64,000 bases of DNA from Paraspadella gotoi. Its lineage: Eukaryota; Animalia; Chaetognatha. The stretch's first letter is position 1. Each line of letters starts with the position of its first letter. The position numbers were made by a program, and so were the translations under genes. Positions 35,324 to 50,000 of the stretch are shown here, one piece after another. Where the stretch lies: the NCBI GenBank assembly GCA_051294375.1, contig CM119264.1, forward strand, positions 16,775,245-16,839,244. The letters run 5' to 3'. The notes under the pieces are model-generated. The model saw only the letters and a program-made list of their open reading frames with translations, ran no database searches and was not told where the DNA came from.

Positions 35324-38300
35324 ATGACTGACCCGGAGTTGGGAGAGTCGGACTTGTCAACCCCCGACTCTGGGAACTCCGACACATCGTCGACTCACCC
35401 TTTCACGACGGTGACCCCGGTGGCTTCTCTTCAAAATGACGTCACAGACCATACCGACCAATCAGAATCCAGATCCTGGACGTCACGTGACTCTCCAGCT
35501 GATCGCGTCGAAGCCGCTTCCGGGTCGTCGGCCGCCGACGAAGACACATTGATGTCGGCTCGTTCCGGCGATAACCACCAAACCGACAAAGAAGTTCAGG
35601 GCGACACCCCCGAACCAAAGCTCGAGGTCCCCGTCCATGCGTTTACCCACGAGGACGACGCCGTGCTCGTGGCACGAAGCGACGTTGTTTTTCCCAACGG
35701 ACACGTCGGAAACGACGGAGACGCCGTTTCAAGTCCCTTCAATGCCTTTGGAGACGCGGTGACGGTCTTGCAGGACGAGGACCCGGAAAACGTCGTTGGC
35801 GACGCCCGCGTCGCCGAGGAAGTCGTGGCCGACGCCGATTGGATTACAGCCGACTCGACTGGTGCAATGGGATGCCGTGAGGAGGAGGTCGTCGACGACG
35901 AAATGGAAGTCGAGGACCCGCGACTCCCACACCAAATCGAGTCCTACTCGATCGACGCTAGCCGCCAGCTCGACCCGGAACAGGACAGCCAGGCGTACGA
36001 GCTCGAACTTGCCGGGAAGATCGTGCGAGAATTGATGAGCGACCTGCACAAGAGCTCCAACTGGCCCTTTCTCGATCCTGTCGACGTGGAGGGAATGAAG
36101 CTTTGGGATTATCGAGAAAGGGTTAAGCGTCCCATATGGCTAAAAAAAAGTGAGTTCGAGAAAATTTTTGGTTGTAAATTGAATTGTATTATATTTCGCG
36201 TCTTCCTAATTCTCTAATTGATTTGTTTTTTTTTTCTTCCGAATTTAGTTCGCGACAAGTGCGAGAATGAGTATTCGTCCATTGACCAAATGGTGTCCGA
36301 CTTTCGCCTGATGCTGGAGAACTGCTATCGATACAACGGACCAGATCACTACATATCGAAGCGCGGACAGAGGCTCGAGCAAGTTTTCGAACAAAAACTA
36401 TCATTATTGTCCAAGTAATGACCACAGTGCTGGGCAAAATTTAGTTTTAATCAGTTTGCTGGACACGATTGTTACAAACCACCAAAGCCTGTCCAAAGTC
36501 AGGGGCAAGATAGCTTATTTATTAAATCATATTAAAATCCAGGAGTCTCCGTGAGAAAAGCGCCGTGGAATTGACAAATCCCGATTGGCTGACGGATGTG
36601 ATTCCGAACGAGTTTGGCCTACGTAGAAGAACGAAGCCTGCGGCGGGCACTCCAGCCGTCGATCTCAGTCTCCCCTCAGCACCTCTCCTCTCTACTCTTA
36701 GAGCCATCCAGGTAAAACAAATCTACGATCTACGTATATTATTGTTCTGCTAATGACAGATTTCTGAAGCTTTCTTTACTTGACTAAAAAAATGTCATAA
36801 TTTTACTTTCGTCGACTGGGGTAAGGGGTTTAAGGGTGGTTTATAGTTAGTTTAGGGTTATGGGTAATCAGATTATAATTGTCTTAAAATTTGTTATTGT
36901 ATTGTGGTATTAATCCTTTCTTTTTCGTTGTTTGAAAAGTTTAGAGATTGACAAAGTTTTTAGTTTGCAACGAATTTTATTTATATAAAAACATGTTTCG
37001 ACTTGTTTTTCAAGCCTTCATCAGCGTTTAACAGTTTGTGAAAATAGAGTTGAAATTTGTGCATAGGAAGGGTGTGAGAGAGAGAGAGAAGGATAGAGAG
37101 AGGGTAAAAGTTTTCCAACAAAGTGGTGAGACAGAATAGTGGTCAGATGTGAGGACAGGGTAAGGTGAGGACAGGCTGAGTAAGTTGTGAAAAGAAATGA
37201 AACTTATTAGAGAGAGAGAGGGAGACAACAGGGATAAATAATAATAAAAATAAATTGTATATTTTTTAAAAATAATTATAGTTTTTTAAAGGGAGCCAAA
37301 ACCCCAGTCGCCGAAAGTTAAATTTTACCAAAAAATTTATAGGAAGAGCAACAACGCGAAAAGAAAAAAAGCGCGATGTTGGAAAAGCGCCAATTAGTAG
37401 AAGCCAAGTGGCAAACGATTCAACAATGGGAAGAAGAACTCCTTCCTCTCGAAGTCCGTTTGCAAATGAAGCATTTGCCTGAGCTTCCGCAGATAGGGTT
37501 GTTCCTTTACCTATGCCAATCCGCACTAAACCTTCCCGAGTTGAACCAGTTCGACGTAGAGCGGTGTTGCGTCGTTCCGCGCCAGAGCCAGTCCATGTCT
37601 TATATCATGACGTCGCTACTCTCCACCCCCTTTCAGCGGAAAGAGTAAGTTGGTCTACAGATTTCCCCTGACCTATATCCAGTATCCCAGCAAATCTTTT
37701 AATCTTTTTTTTTTTGCTTCAGTCTGGACCGAAAGCCTCCGATGCCTTATCGTGTCTGGGAGTCGAAATTAAAAAAACGCGTTGGCGTTTGGTATCATCA
37801 GTCTCGTAACAGGCATACAGGTATCGAATATACGATTTTGTTTTGAGTTCAGGTTAATATTTATTAATCGATGGGTTTTTTAGGTGAAATCAATACTATC
37901 AAGGCGCAATACCAGTTAGGACTTGATCCCACTTTCTTCGACATCCTCGGGCCTCGGGCTAATCCATTAGAAAAGCTGCAATTTCATGAGCTTACTTTTT
38001 ATCAAAGAGTTTGGATATTAAAAGCCCTATGCGACTACTGCTTGGTAAATAAAGTTTGACTTGGTTGAATAATAATTTTTTTTATTGACAGTAAAGTATA
38101 TTATAAATTGCTCATTCAGGAATCTCAAAGTCATTTGCGTGAATCTATCGAACTAAATCACGTGACGGATCAACGACAAGTAGTTTTGGGCGTCGATGCC
38201 GCTGGTGACGAATACATTCACTTTCCTCAATTTTGCGGCGCTGATTTAAGAATATATAAGGTTAATTACAAAGCTGAATAGAACTTGTACTAATAAAATT

Positions 38301-41300
38301 TTCATATATAACGTTAAATTAGCTCCGTTAATCCCTTTCTAAACTTCTAATTTATTATCGTCGCATTGCTTTGCGTTTGCGACGATCTCGTAACGCTTTT
38401 GCGCATAAGTGGCGTAGGCGGCGTCGTCGTCGTCGGCGGCGTTCCAACTTATCGATCGCCTTTTTGATGATTAAATTTGGGTGTATGAAGCTGAAAATTT
38501 ATATACAGCTTCTCATCATCGAGGTCCTTGAAATTGACAGTTTTGTTTACGTTTTATCAAAACAAACAATTTTTTTTTATGTCTCCTTCTCTCTCTCTCT
38601 TTTAATTATATGTAGCTCTCTCTCTCTTTTCCCCAGGCTGATTCATCGTAAAAAAAAACGAGTCTGCAGGGGCTTCTTTTTCTCTTTTCTTCTGCTGCCT
38701 TTTGATTTTTCTTTTTTTCTGGCTGCCTCTGATGTTGCCGCTGCTGATTCGTCCGAAAATGTTTGGCTTCTTTCTCTCTCTCCGTTATTTTTAAAAAAAA
38801 AATTGAATTAGGATTGAACTCATAAAATTAGGCATCGCATTCGTGCATGTTATCATTTTGCTATCGCAACATCGGGTTTTTATTTCGTTCTTTCTTCTCG
38901 TCACTCGCTCTTTATTTTTATTTTTCTTTCCCTTCTAATCTTTCTTTCCTTTCCTTTCTATTCTTTCTTTCTTTCTTTCTATTCTTTCTTTTCTTTCTAT
39001 TTTTTCTTTCCCTTCTATTCTTTCTTTCCTTTCTATTCTTTCTTTCCTTTCTATTCTTTCTTTCCTCTCTATTCTTTCTTTCCTTTCTATTCTTTCTTTC
39101 CTCTCTATTCTTTCTTTCCTTTCTATTCTTTCTTTATATTTATTCTTTTCTTCTTTTCTTTCTGTTTATAAATTTATTTTTTTTCTCAAATTTAATTTTT
39201 TTAAGTATCAAAATTTGTCGTCAATCCAGATTTTTCTTATGCGATTGCGACGATCCTTATGCTTTTAAGATTTTTTAATATTTTATGAATACTAATAAAA
39301 ATTTATTGCATCTGTCCCGTCAGGTCAAGCCGGCGCCATGGCCAGAGCTAGAAAAGATAAGCAAAAAGCAACTGCGAAAGACAGAGGAAGCCGCCGAGGC
39401 TAGAACGGCCTCAAATCTTGCATATCTCAGGGCACCTTCGAGAAAAAGGGTAGGTTTTTCGAGTTAAGAGAATCTGATAATACTATTCTCATTATATTAT
39501 TTATTGTATCTTTTTTGCAGAAAGAATTGCTAAAGAAAATTCGAGGAAAAATCAAGGATCAGAAGCAGTACGAGAAGGAGAGAAAGCTTGAGATTAAGCT
39601 GGCTGAAAAAAGAAAAAAGATGGAAGAAAAAAAGAAAAGACGAGAGGAGAGAGCCGCAGCGAAGGGGCCGAGGCCCTCAGGACTGCGTCAGGTTTTATCA
39701 ATGAGCGACGTATATTTTTAAACTTCGTGTTCGTTTTTATAAAACTTTCTTTTCCATCGACAGAGCGTCAAAGTAATCCTCAAACCGGAAGAACTCCAGA
39801 GCTCGGAGTCTTCCGCCACAGAATCTTCCGACGACGACGGAGCCGACGACCTCGTCGGCGCAATACCATTCGACGAACCTCTCCCCGAAGAGATGCCCAT
39901 CGAAGAGGAGGAAGATCCCGCGCCGATGCTTTTTGGCGACAGCGAGGAAGAGGATGAGGAACTCGAAGAAGACGAGGATGACAGCGACTGGGACGTGAAA
40001 AAGGAGAAGAAGAAAGGAAAAAAGTCATTGAGAAAGCGATCGCGGCGGGACGGCGCTTCCGAGAGCGACGAGGCCTCTTCGAATGAAGGAAGAAGAAAGG
40101 GCAAGCGCGTCGCGGCGAGGAAAAGCAAAAAAGAGGAATCTGACGGGGAAGAGGAGGATCGACCCTTTCGGGCTGCGAAAGGGAGGAAGACGCCGAAGAA
40201 AGTTGAAGAGGAGAGCGGACCTCGAAAGCGGGGACCGAAACCTGGACGAGGAAAAACTCCAAAGGGACGGAGAGGTAGGAAATCGACTTCCGGAAAAAAT
40301 CAAGTGAGCGATGAAGAAACTGAGGGGGAACCCGAGTCTAATCCATCTCGTCGAAAACCTCGAAAGCGCCAGAAAACGATCGATCAAGAGAAAGAGGATC
40401 GAAGCCGCGAAGCCTCTGTCGCTTCGTCCACTTCCAAAAGAGGAGGAAGAAAAAAATCGTTAGCCAAAACCGCGACGATTGCGAAACGTAACGGAAAACT
40501 ATGCAAGGACGAAGGCGAAAAGTGCGAAGCAGGGAGGACCAAACGGCGTGACAGCGAGACCGACGAAACGTCCGCTGCGGAAGATGAGACCGATGAAAGA
40601 CCAACGCCGGCCCCCTGTCTCGCCGACACTGGTGCCCTCGCTGCTGCCGACGAAGAGACCTTCCGCGGACTTCGGGCGAATTCTCGCGCGAGGCGAACAT
40701 CCAAATTACTCGACATGGAACCGAATGATTCCGACTCTAGCTTCGTCGTCGAACGGCTTAGCGGTCGGCTGCCAATGAGGAAGAGCGCGAGGGATAGAAA
40801 GACGCCACGTAAGTTTTCACCCTCATCTTCAACACGCTCGAGTCATCGCGACGACGCCAACTCAAACGCTGACAGCGCTTCCAATCTCGAGGCGCCATCC
40901 CCCGCCGACGCCAGCGTCGGAAAGAGAATCGCGACGTCCGCTGTCAAAGAGAAGACCACCGTCTGGTCTTTTCTGACCGAAATGGCGCAGGAGGACATTG
41001 ACGACAAGGGGATGACGATTCAGGATGTGGAAAAGGCGTTTGCGGCTTCAGGAGATGAAAACGAGATTCGAAGCGCGAAACCTCCCATCGCGGTAGGAAC
41101 TAATGTTGGAAAAGAGGAGAGCGGATTGAAAACGGATACCCCTCCAACTCCTGAAGATGATAAAGCTTTGCTGACTGCGGTGGATATAAACTACGGGGCC
41201 GGTGAAGGTAATTTGGAAAAAAATGATGATGCTATGGCAAATGGTGAAGATTCTCAAAAAAATATTGGAAAAGTCGACGGGGATGAGTCGAAATCGGAGT

Positions 41301-44300
41301 CAAATGAGGAAAATAAAACGGAAGTCAAAACGGAAATAAAACTTGAACCCGCTACCGGTTTTACGGATGCGACAATGATCGAATCGAAGGAACCCGAACA
41401 GGAAAAGCTGGAGCCCAAATCCGAAGAGTTGCCCTTAAATTTGGAGAACGCTTGGGTTCAAGACATCAAGGATGTAAAGTCGGAAAAAATCGATGCTTCT
41501 GCCATTCCGGAAAATTTCGTCGGTCCTTTGGAATCTGATTCTTTGCCTAAAATCTTGGAACCGGATCTGACGACTTTCGAATTGGTAGCTGACAGCATAG
41601 ACTCCCTCAAGGAACTTATTCGCCGACTAAAGAAAGATCCCGATTGGGAACCGAGAGTGGTCGAAGATGAGGGTGCGGAAGAAGGCGATAACCCTGAGAG
41701 TAACGAAAAAAATAAAGAGGACACTGCAAACGAAGAGGCGGATGAGGCGTCGAGCACCCGATCGAAGTCGTCTACCCCTGTTGGAATCGATACTTACGCA
41801 GATTCAGAGACGAAAGATTCAAAAACCTCCACAGAAGACGACGAAAGATCATCCTTCAAACACTCGAAGTCCAAGCAGCCGAAACGCGATTCGAGGAACG
41901 AGTCGGAACTCCTGGAAGAGCTGGAGGCATTGCTGACGGAGTTGCAGCCTTTCGAGCGAAAGTTGAACGACGCCGGGCGACGCATGCGCCTCAAGCTGCA
42001 AAAAGATGTGACAGAGTACAAGGAAGAGAACGATAACGACGCTTGGGAGAGCGACATTGACGAGGACGACGATATTCGTACCGCTTCGCGTCACACACAC
42101 GAGGAGAACAGTAACGATGCTTACACGCCGAGAATGGGCGAACCGGCGTATGATGTGGCATTCGGTGACGGGGACGGCGGCAGACGTTCGCTACGCGTAA
42201 ACCCGCGACCTTCCAAGAGAAAACTGGAGATGGACCGCGAAAACGAGCTGATTTTGCAAGGCGTCCAGGACGAATACACCGACCTCTGCCGTTCCGAAGA
42301 GTTTGACATCGTCGAGGTGTCGTCCAGGGGTCGAGTACGCAAAGTACGTCGACTCGGAATCGACGAAGCCGAGAGAATCACTGCGCGTTCCCGACCTTCA
42401 CGTGGCGGAAGTCGCAAGTCTACGCCATTTGACGATGACGACGATGATGAAGAGGAAGACGATGACCTTGACGACGTTGAAGACGTGAGCAATACCTCCT
42501 TTGCCGACGTCCGCGAGATGTCGGTGAGCGAACGTCGAAGTTTCAACGCTCGAAAGGCGGCCAAAAGCCGATGGGCTAACAGGGACGTCCTTGGCGCCAA
42601 CATCGTTTCCGGAGCCAAAAAGACGAAAAAGGATCCGGCTGAAGTTTCACGGGAGATTCTTGCCAATTCAAAACTCAGCGCCGCCATCACGGCTTTTAAA
42701 GAGACGGGAAAATTGCCGGATGGAATGGAGTTAGAAGGGCGCGGATCCGATGGCAGGCCTGTCATTCTGCGCGCCGAAACATTGGAAAAGATGAAACACC
42801 TCGACAACTATAAGATTCTCACAACTTTGTTGACACAAAACAACCCGGAACCAAAGACTTTCGTTGGGTATTCTCCGAAGTGTGTAATGGGGCTAGTTTT
42901 GGGCAGGGTATTTTTAAAAAGATTTAAAAATTTTAAACTTTTTTAAAAACATTTTTAGGGAAAAGCCCAAACCGGAGGTGATATACAAAAACGTTTCCGC
43001 GCCCTCGACGTTGCAGAGTATTCAAGTGTGTACGGCCTCGGTCGATGGAGGCGAGACCAATAAAATAAGCAAGGTATGCTAAAGCCTAACTTAGTTGAGT
43101 GAAAATTGAAATTGGTACAACCAATATAAAAATTATCCATTCAAAATAAGCTATCTTGCCCCTGTCAGAAATCTACTATGAAATTTAATTCAATAGGGGC
43201 GGGGGTTCAAAACTTTAGTCTTGAAGTCTACTTTCAGGTAAAAAAGATTTTTTTAAAAAAGTTCGATTTTAATACTTTATTGTGCTATCAAAATTACAAT
43301 ATTACTATATTATAATGATAAATTTTTTTTAATCTATCTTAACTTTTTTTTCTGGATTCTAATAAATAAGAAGTTAAATAAAAAGTTACATAAAAATATA
43401 ACTACAACTTTCAAAAATTTGTATGTTTTCTTAGTCAAAATTAATAAGTAATAAAATTATCAAAATATGATGATGATGATGATGATTATGATTATTAATA
43501 GTTTTTCGTATTTTCCTCCCACTTATGATGAAAATATCGAAAAAAGAATTATACTTTGTGATGATAACTTTTTGCAAGCTACCTGAATCTGATCTCAAAA
43601 AAAAAAAAATCTAAAAAAAGTTTTTAGCCTTTCCTATTTATAAATAAACAATAAAAAATTAATATATGGGATAAAATGTAATATTCAAATTTTTTTGTTT
43701 ATTCAAATTTTTTTAAAAATGTCTAAATTTTCGTTTGAGCAGGTGCTTAATTCAAATTTCTTAACCACCTTACTGAGTAAGGCTTCCCTTACCCCTGACT
43801 TTGGACAGGCTTTGGCGGTTTAAGGCCTCCATCGCTCTTACAAGATAATGACATAAAACGAGTTAGAATACCTAGAATCTTTGATTGTTTAATAGTTATT
43901 ATCAATTCCAAAAATAAAATGGATATCAAAAACGTCTAATTTTTCCAGGAAACCGCCATAGTGGTAAAATCCCCACACCATGAGCCGCAAATGATATTGC
44001 AGCAGCAACGTCCTGATCTTATGGCGACCAATGCCCCATCGCAGTCCATTATCATTAATGGGAGCGGGGAAAGCCAACTGAGCTCATCCCAGATTAGCGA
44101 TTTGCTCAGCAAAAAGTTCTCCAAGCAGGTGAGCGAGCTGAAGATATTACAGGAGAATATCAGTCCAGCTGTCTTGCTTATTCATAAATTAAATAAATAT
44201 GTATTTTTTTTCAGCCGGAAACATCACGGGTAGTTTCTCACTCACGTTCTCCTTTTGTCGTGGGCGTTCCAGGGAGCAACACCATCCAGGTAATTATTTA

Positions 44301-46503
44301 TTTCTAGTACTATTTATTTCCTATATATTAAATATATTTAATTGATAATAATAATAATTAATATTTAATATATTTAATTAGTCTGTTTCACCAAATGCAA
44401 AGGTTATTCAGCCTCAAGCCGGGCAACAACGCTTGCTCCTTTGTCCTAACGGAGGACAACGAGTTTTCGCCATCAACGGCCAGCAAGTTGTACAGCAAGT
44501 GGTTGTTCCGCAGCAGCTTTCCTCGACAACGGAACAACCACAACAGCAGCTTGTCCTTAGCCAACCTCCGCTGCTTAACGTCTCGGCCGGTTCAAAGATG
44601 GCGCCTAGTGGCGTTGTTCTGTTGCGCGCCTCCGCCCCTGTTGCGGAAACTTCTACGGTTTCAACCGTTTCCCAATCTCCCGGCGGCAAAATCGTTCAAA
44701 CAGCGGGCGGGAGCATTATCCTAAATCCTTCGCAGAATCCCCGAACTTCCAACCAGCCTTTAATAGCCTCGGTACGCCTCCCCAACGGCGATACGCAACA
44801 GATTCTCCTTAATACCCAACAAGTCGCTGCGCATCAGCAGCTGGCAAACCTGCAGGCCCAGCATGGCACAAAGCCTCGTCTCATTGCGCCAGCGTCTTCC
44901 GTCGAGAACGCAGTTTCTTCTGTAGCTTCTGTTCAACAACTCGGTTCCGCAAGGCAGCCTACGCCACAAATTGTTCGCTACGTCAACGCTCAAGGGTCCC
45001 AGCAAACGGTTCAATTGATACAAGTCCAGAATGCCTCGACGTCGATGGCCACGCCGGCCACACCCGTCAACAACAATGCCGTAAAAACGTCGACTCGCTG
45101 CGTGACTGTCAGAAACTTGTTGGAGAGTCGAGACAAGACTTTAGTGGGCACGGAAACGGAAAGGGTAACCGGGTTTCCAGATTCGGTTAGCCCGGTCCCC
45201 GACGTCGTCGCGACGCAGATCATGACCAACGCTAAACCAGCCGCGACCGCCTCAAATGCCGCCCTTCAAAGGGACGTTACGGCTCTCACGCAGGTTGGTC
45301 GCTTTCTTTTTTAAAAATTAAATTATTAAAATACATGTTAAAACGGAGATACACAATTTACAAGTCCTCTTATTTTAAAAAGAAATTATTTCTAAATGCT
45401 TATCCCGATTTACTCTTTAGAGCGTGACTGGCCCTATCCCAGCTGTTAAACCTGATGTGGCTTCCACTTCTTCCGTGACGCCACCGCGGTCTTCGCAGCC
45501 GGCGACGGTGGCGGTGGCACCGCCTCGTCTCGCGTCTCCCACCCAGAAAGTCACCTTTAAGATTGCTGTGCCTCCGAATCAATTACAGCAAATTCCTGGC
45601 AAGGGATTTGTCACCCCTCAAGGGGTCGTTCTCAATCCTGCTGCTCTTCAGCAGGCAATTGGCACTCAGGTGCTTCAGCAGGCGGCTATGACCGGTGAAC
45701 CCATCGTCCTCGACGAACGAAGACTCGCACGTATCCTTGCTGTGCAGAAAGAGCAGAGCGCGAGGGAAAACACGGCCGCCACGCCTACCCAGAACCCCCT
45801 CGCTACGCCGCCTAAGTTAAAACAGGAAAAAACAATACTTGTGAAGTCGCCGCCGAACCAGTTTCTCCAAACACTGCCACAATCCGCACAACCACCTCCA
45901 CAAATCGTCGCGGTAACGCCTGACCGAGTTCAATCCGCCTTTGTTCCCAACGCTGCTCGTACCATCCCTTTGCAACAACAACAGCTTTCGCCCCAAAAAC
46001 TCGCGTTTGCTCCCCAAGGGTTACCCCAGGCTATACGGGCGGCCAGTGTATCCGTCGCGGGGCAGACGCAAGGCCCCGTCGTGCAGCCCTCCGCCGTAAC
46101 TCTGTTGTCGCCAACAAAAGAACAGTTAGCCCGCGTGGCCACGGTTGGAGTTAACCAGCAACAGCAGCAGGGCAGAGTTGTCCTTTTGAACGTTGGCGGG
46201 CGATTAGTTCCTGTGCAAGCCGTCTCTTCCCAACAGATCGTAGTGCCGCAACAACAGCAGCCTCAATCTTCCCCGCAACAACACCAGTTGGTGATACCCT
46301 TAAAGGAAACCAACAATGCGACCTCACCTCTCAAGTACGTGCAGATCGCTCAGCAGCCACGGGCCGGTGTCGCTCCGCCAACTCGCTTCATCCAGCTTAC
46401 CCAGGACCAGCTGAAAAGCCTCACCCCGGCTCAGCTAGACCAGCTCAGGCAGTTAATTCCCGGCGGGTCTGTGGTCGAACAGGGCGGAAACATTACCCGG
46501 TAA
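35324..46503 (+). CDS. KIAA2026/BRD10-like bromodomain protein (about 15 exons; long acidic and Q/P-rich disordered C-terminus)
   Basis: Bromodomain NWPFLDPVD..DYRERVKRPIWL..DFRLMLENCYRYNGPDH.ISKRGQRLE. It is followed by KIAA2026-type blocks ELPQIGLFL.LCQ..LNLPE..ERC..P..IMTSLLS, NPLE..FHEL.FYQRVWILKALCD and LG.D..Y.HFPQFCGAD.RIY. Large exons 39763-~42870 and 45421-46503; stop at 46503. Confidence 0.88.
36960..37250 (-). mobile_element. ~300-bp Penelope-pLTR-like repeat carrying a hammerhead motif (36988-37027); paralogous to 22600-22920
   Basis: Minus strand acgCTGATGAaGGCTTGaaaaaCAAGTC-GAAAC-ATGTT. The adjacent (GA)n-rich body aligns with 22670-22885. Confidence 0.65.
38352..39277. mobile_element. 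HINE/DINE-1-like family B with central 18-bp tandem repeat; end fragments also at ~12930-12970 and ~49955-49995
   Basis: Terminal hairpin TTATT-ATCGTCGCA..TGCGACGAT, (CGT)n/GGC microsatellite, TGAAGCTGAAAATTT, CCTTTCTATTCTTTCTTT repeats, and subterminal TGCGACGATCCTTATGCTTTTAAGATTTT. Confidence 0.72.
43105..43860 (-). mobile_element. Short dispersed repeat (GTCCAAAGTCAGGGGCAAGATAGC...TTGGTTGTACCAA family) split by an AT-rich MITE
   Basis: The two halves (43105-43164 and 43792-43855) are contiguous in the copy at 29160-29290. Other copies lie at 36485-36525, 60558-60640 and 60825-60890. Confidence 0.7.
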
Positions 46504-47082
46504 TAAATGGATTTGATCTGACGGATAAATTCAGTTTTGTCTTCTTCTTCTGAGATATTGACGCGCCTCAACACTATTTTACACGAATAACTCTTAGTAT
46601 ATTTATTTTTTTACCACACGACGACGACGACTACCTTGACTAGCCTGTTTCGTATATGATCTTAATTATTCGGCGACAGAGAGGACGAGATTCAAAGTCT
46701 CATTCGTTCTTTCTATTAATAAAATAATCCACTGAATGAATAGATATTTATATATGTATATCGCCCTCTGATAGATTTCGTTGTAAATAATCATGATAAT
46801 CAATATTTTTAATAGTGCTGAAATTAAGTGTTCTATTCGAGCAATCTTTTTAAAAATACAGTTTTATTCGTATTGCATTTTCGTGTCATTTTTTATTTTT
46901 GTTAGCGATCCCATGTCATTGCGCATTTTTGACAATTATTTAAGAATAGGAAGAAAGAACAATTTAGGGTAACCTGAAATACAGCTGTACGTTTACTGAC
47001 GCTTATGAAAGGATAGTTAGGATTAACTTTAAGCGTTAGATAATATTCTCGCTTTACGTTATAAAAGATTTTTGCAAGAAAT

Positions 47083-50000
47083 ATGGGCGGTAAAAATTCA
47101 AAAGAAAAACCTAAGAAAAATGAGATTGGAAACGTGAAAGACAAAGTAACGAATTTGTCACCCAAGTAAGTTCCTTTTTTTTTATTTTTGGGTTTTTTTT
47201 TGCGGGTGGCAAACGTTACGTAATTTATGTTTTCCTCTAATTCAGAGATATTTTAGAGATTCAAGTTTCTTGGCAAGAAATGCATAAATCACCTCTTGTG
47301 GATCCCGACATCTTATTGTTTAAGCTGTTCTTCGAACAGTGCTACTCGGGGAGGTTATATATATATATTTTTTAAAAATTTGTTCATCCGCATATAAATT
47401 TCTGGGTGGGTTGTCTTTGTCCGCATTTACTGAGTTATTCGTTTTTTATTTTTGGTGACTAACCTAAAATATAAATAAGATTTTGAATTATTTAACCTCT
47501 CAGTACCTTATAAAAGAAGTTAAACTTTATTTCCACCTCTTAATTTATTTCGATAAATTTGAAAGAATAACTTTGTAAAAAAGAGAGAAGTACTCCAAAC
47601 TTATCGGTAATATTAATATCGAAAACATGAACTGGATCAACAATTGGGATCAGTCTGCTCCTAAACTTCATCAGAGCATGAAGGTAGTTGACTTCGGTTA
47701 TATTATATTCGATAGAATTGCTGAGCGCCCTAATCATGCTTATAGAAAACGGCGGATGCTTTAGAAGATTTTACAAGCTCGTTGAACTACTCCGATAGAG
47801 TGATCAACACAATGTATGAACAAGGGTGAGCATTGAGTAACTGTCATAATTCTAGGGCTTTTAGATATATAACTGGCATTATTGACGGTATCGAAAATAG
47901 ATAAATAGTAACAGTTCAGTTTAATCCCTTGCAAGCTATTTACATGTATTGGTACGATCTGTTCTGATCTGTGAGGATCACAAATTATAAGAATTATCGT
48001 GATTTACCATGATGGGGGAAAAAATTGTCGCGCTTTGGAAAAGTCGGTTAATTTCATTGACAAATATATTTTTTGGCCGTTAAATAGGTTTTAATATGTA
48101 ATATGACCTCCCTTGGACTGAATAAAAATATTATTTCTCAACAGCATAAAATTATTTATTGCATACAATTACTTCCAAAAGAGGTTGTCTCTAACTGTTT
48201 TCACCTCTTTTTGATCAAGAGGACTATTATTAATAGTTTATGACGAATCTAAATCTGCAAAAAAATCTTAACAAAAACTGTTTTGAAATTTTAACATTTA
48301 TTGGATTAGTACTATGTATGTATATGGCCTACTGCGTAAATTGTAAAATTTATTAGAAATTTTTTTATATATAAATGTTTATTAGTATAATGTTGTTTGT
48401 TCCTCACGTTTAGAATTGTAATTAAAATTAAATTTAGAAATTTTACTACGCCTTAATTAATACTATAAATTTATATCTCTGACATAATATTTTTTATCAG
48501 ATTTTGGGCAAAAAATTATCTTTGGCAAGCAGTGAAAAGGATTGATCCCCTATGAAGTAAACCAGGCATGAGTTGCTGCTGCATAATGTGATGATGCACT
48601 GTCTTTCCCTTCAACAAAATCTTTGATTTTTTAATTTTTTTTTAATATTTGTTTGATACTTTGTTCTGATAATACATCCAGAGGAAAATAAAAATGATAA
48701 CTTTACTCACAGAAAGGTTACACTGAGCCTTATAACTTTTATTGATGCTTTACAATATAAAAAAAATATTCTGGAGCATCTACAGCATCAATGTATTTTT
48801 AATATCATTCTTTTTTGGATATATGAATTAAGATTCATCCCTGAATCTATCTTAATGGAGATGATGCAATTGTGGACGCATTTGACATGAGACTGAGAAG
48901 AGGCAGGGATTTTTAAAGATAACGGTTTAACTAAAAAGTAATAAAAAAGAACCGGAAATTAATATAAATAAAAAGTGTAGATATAAAAAAGGAGGAAGTA
49001 TTTTTTTGGATAACTCATTTTCTTTTGCATGGAACTCTTGTATTTTTTGCCGTACATAAATAAGATACCGCTCATATGAATAACAAGAGGCTAAAGTTTC
49101 TTGATATCTAAATTGTATTTTTTTATCCTTACATTAAAATGCCAAAAAATAGCTGGAAAGTAACCGCGACAATTTTTTTCCCATCATGTTATCATCTTTT
49201 TAGCTGATTGCCACTTTGTTATCGTAGGCAGAATCGACATTGTTTGCTCAAACTTGTTTAATTATATGTAGCTCTTTCTCTCTTTTTCTCAGTCACTGCC
49301 TTTTCTGATACGTTCAAAAACAAGTTGAGATCTGCAGCGGCTGAAAGTTATGCCTCTCTCTCTCTCCTTTTTTAGCTCTATAACTATAACTCTATAACTA
49401 TCATATTTATTCATTAATTTATATAATTTATATCAATTAAATTTGTTCAATTTAATTAATTTGGTTAAATTTTATTTTTGCCGACCGCGGTTTTGGCGGT
49501 TTTTAATTTTTTTATTTTATTTTTAAAATAAAAAAAATAATTAATTACCCTAACCCTAAACCCTCTTAACCCTAACTACCCCCTAACTTTAAACCACCCT
49601 TAACCCTAACCCCTTCCTAACCCCGGTTGGCAAAAATAAAATTAACCCATTAATTCAATTCTTATATTTAAATTTAAATTGGTTCAATTTAATTAATTTA
49701 ATTCTTGCTCTCTCTCTCTCCTTTTTTTAGCTCTTTAACTTAAACATATTTATTCATTAAATTTCTTCAAATAATTATATCAATTAAATTCATTCAATTT
49801 AATTTATTCAATTCTTACTTTAAATTTAATTTTAATTCAATTTATTTCATACAATTCATTATATTTTATTTATTTGTTTTCTTTATTTATTTATTTTTTA
49901 TATATTAAGCCCAGTTTGTTATGTATAAAATTTAGTTCTCCTATATCAGTTTGTTTTTATGCGATTGCGACGATCCTTATACTTTAAGATTTTTTCTGAA

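Noticed and set aside
39718-42807. Many long antisense and alternative-frame ORFs over the large BRD10-like exon (and over eIF4E and the DIRS element)
   Set aside because: Shadow ORFs expected from GC-rich, biased coding sequence; Ser/Phe-rich with no independent domain signal.
48008-49188. P-element assignment from the CATGATG terminus
   Set aside because: Only 7 bp match, with no 8-bp TSD and no recognisable transposase, so the superfamily is left open.
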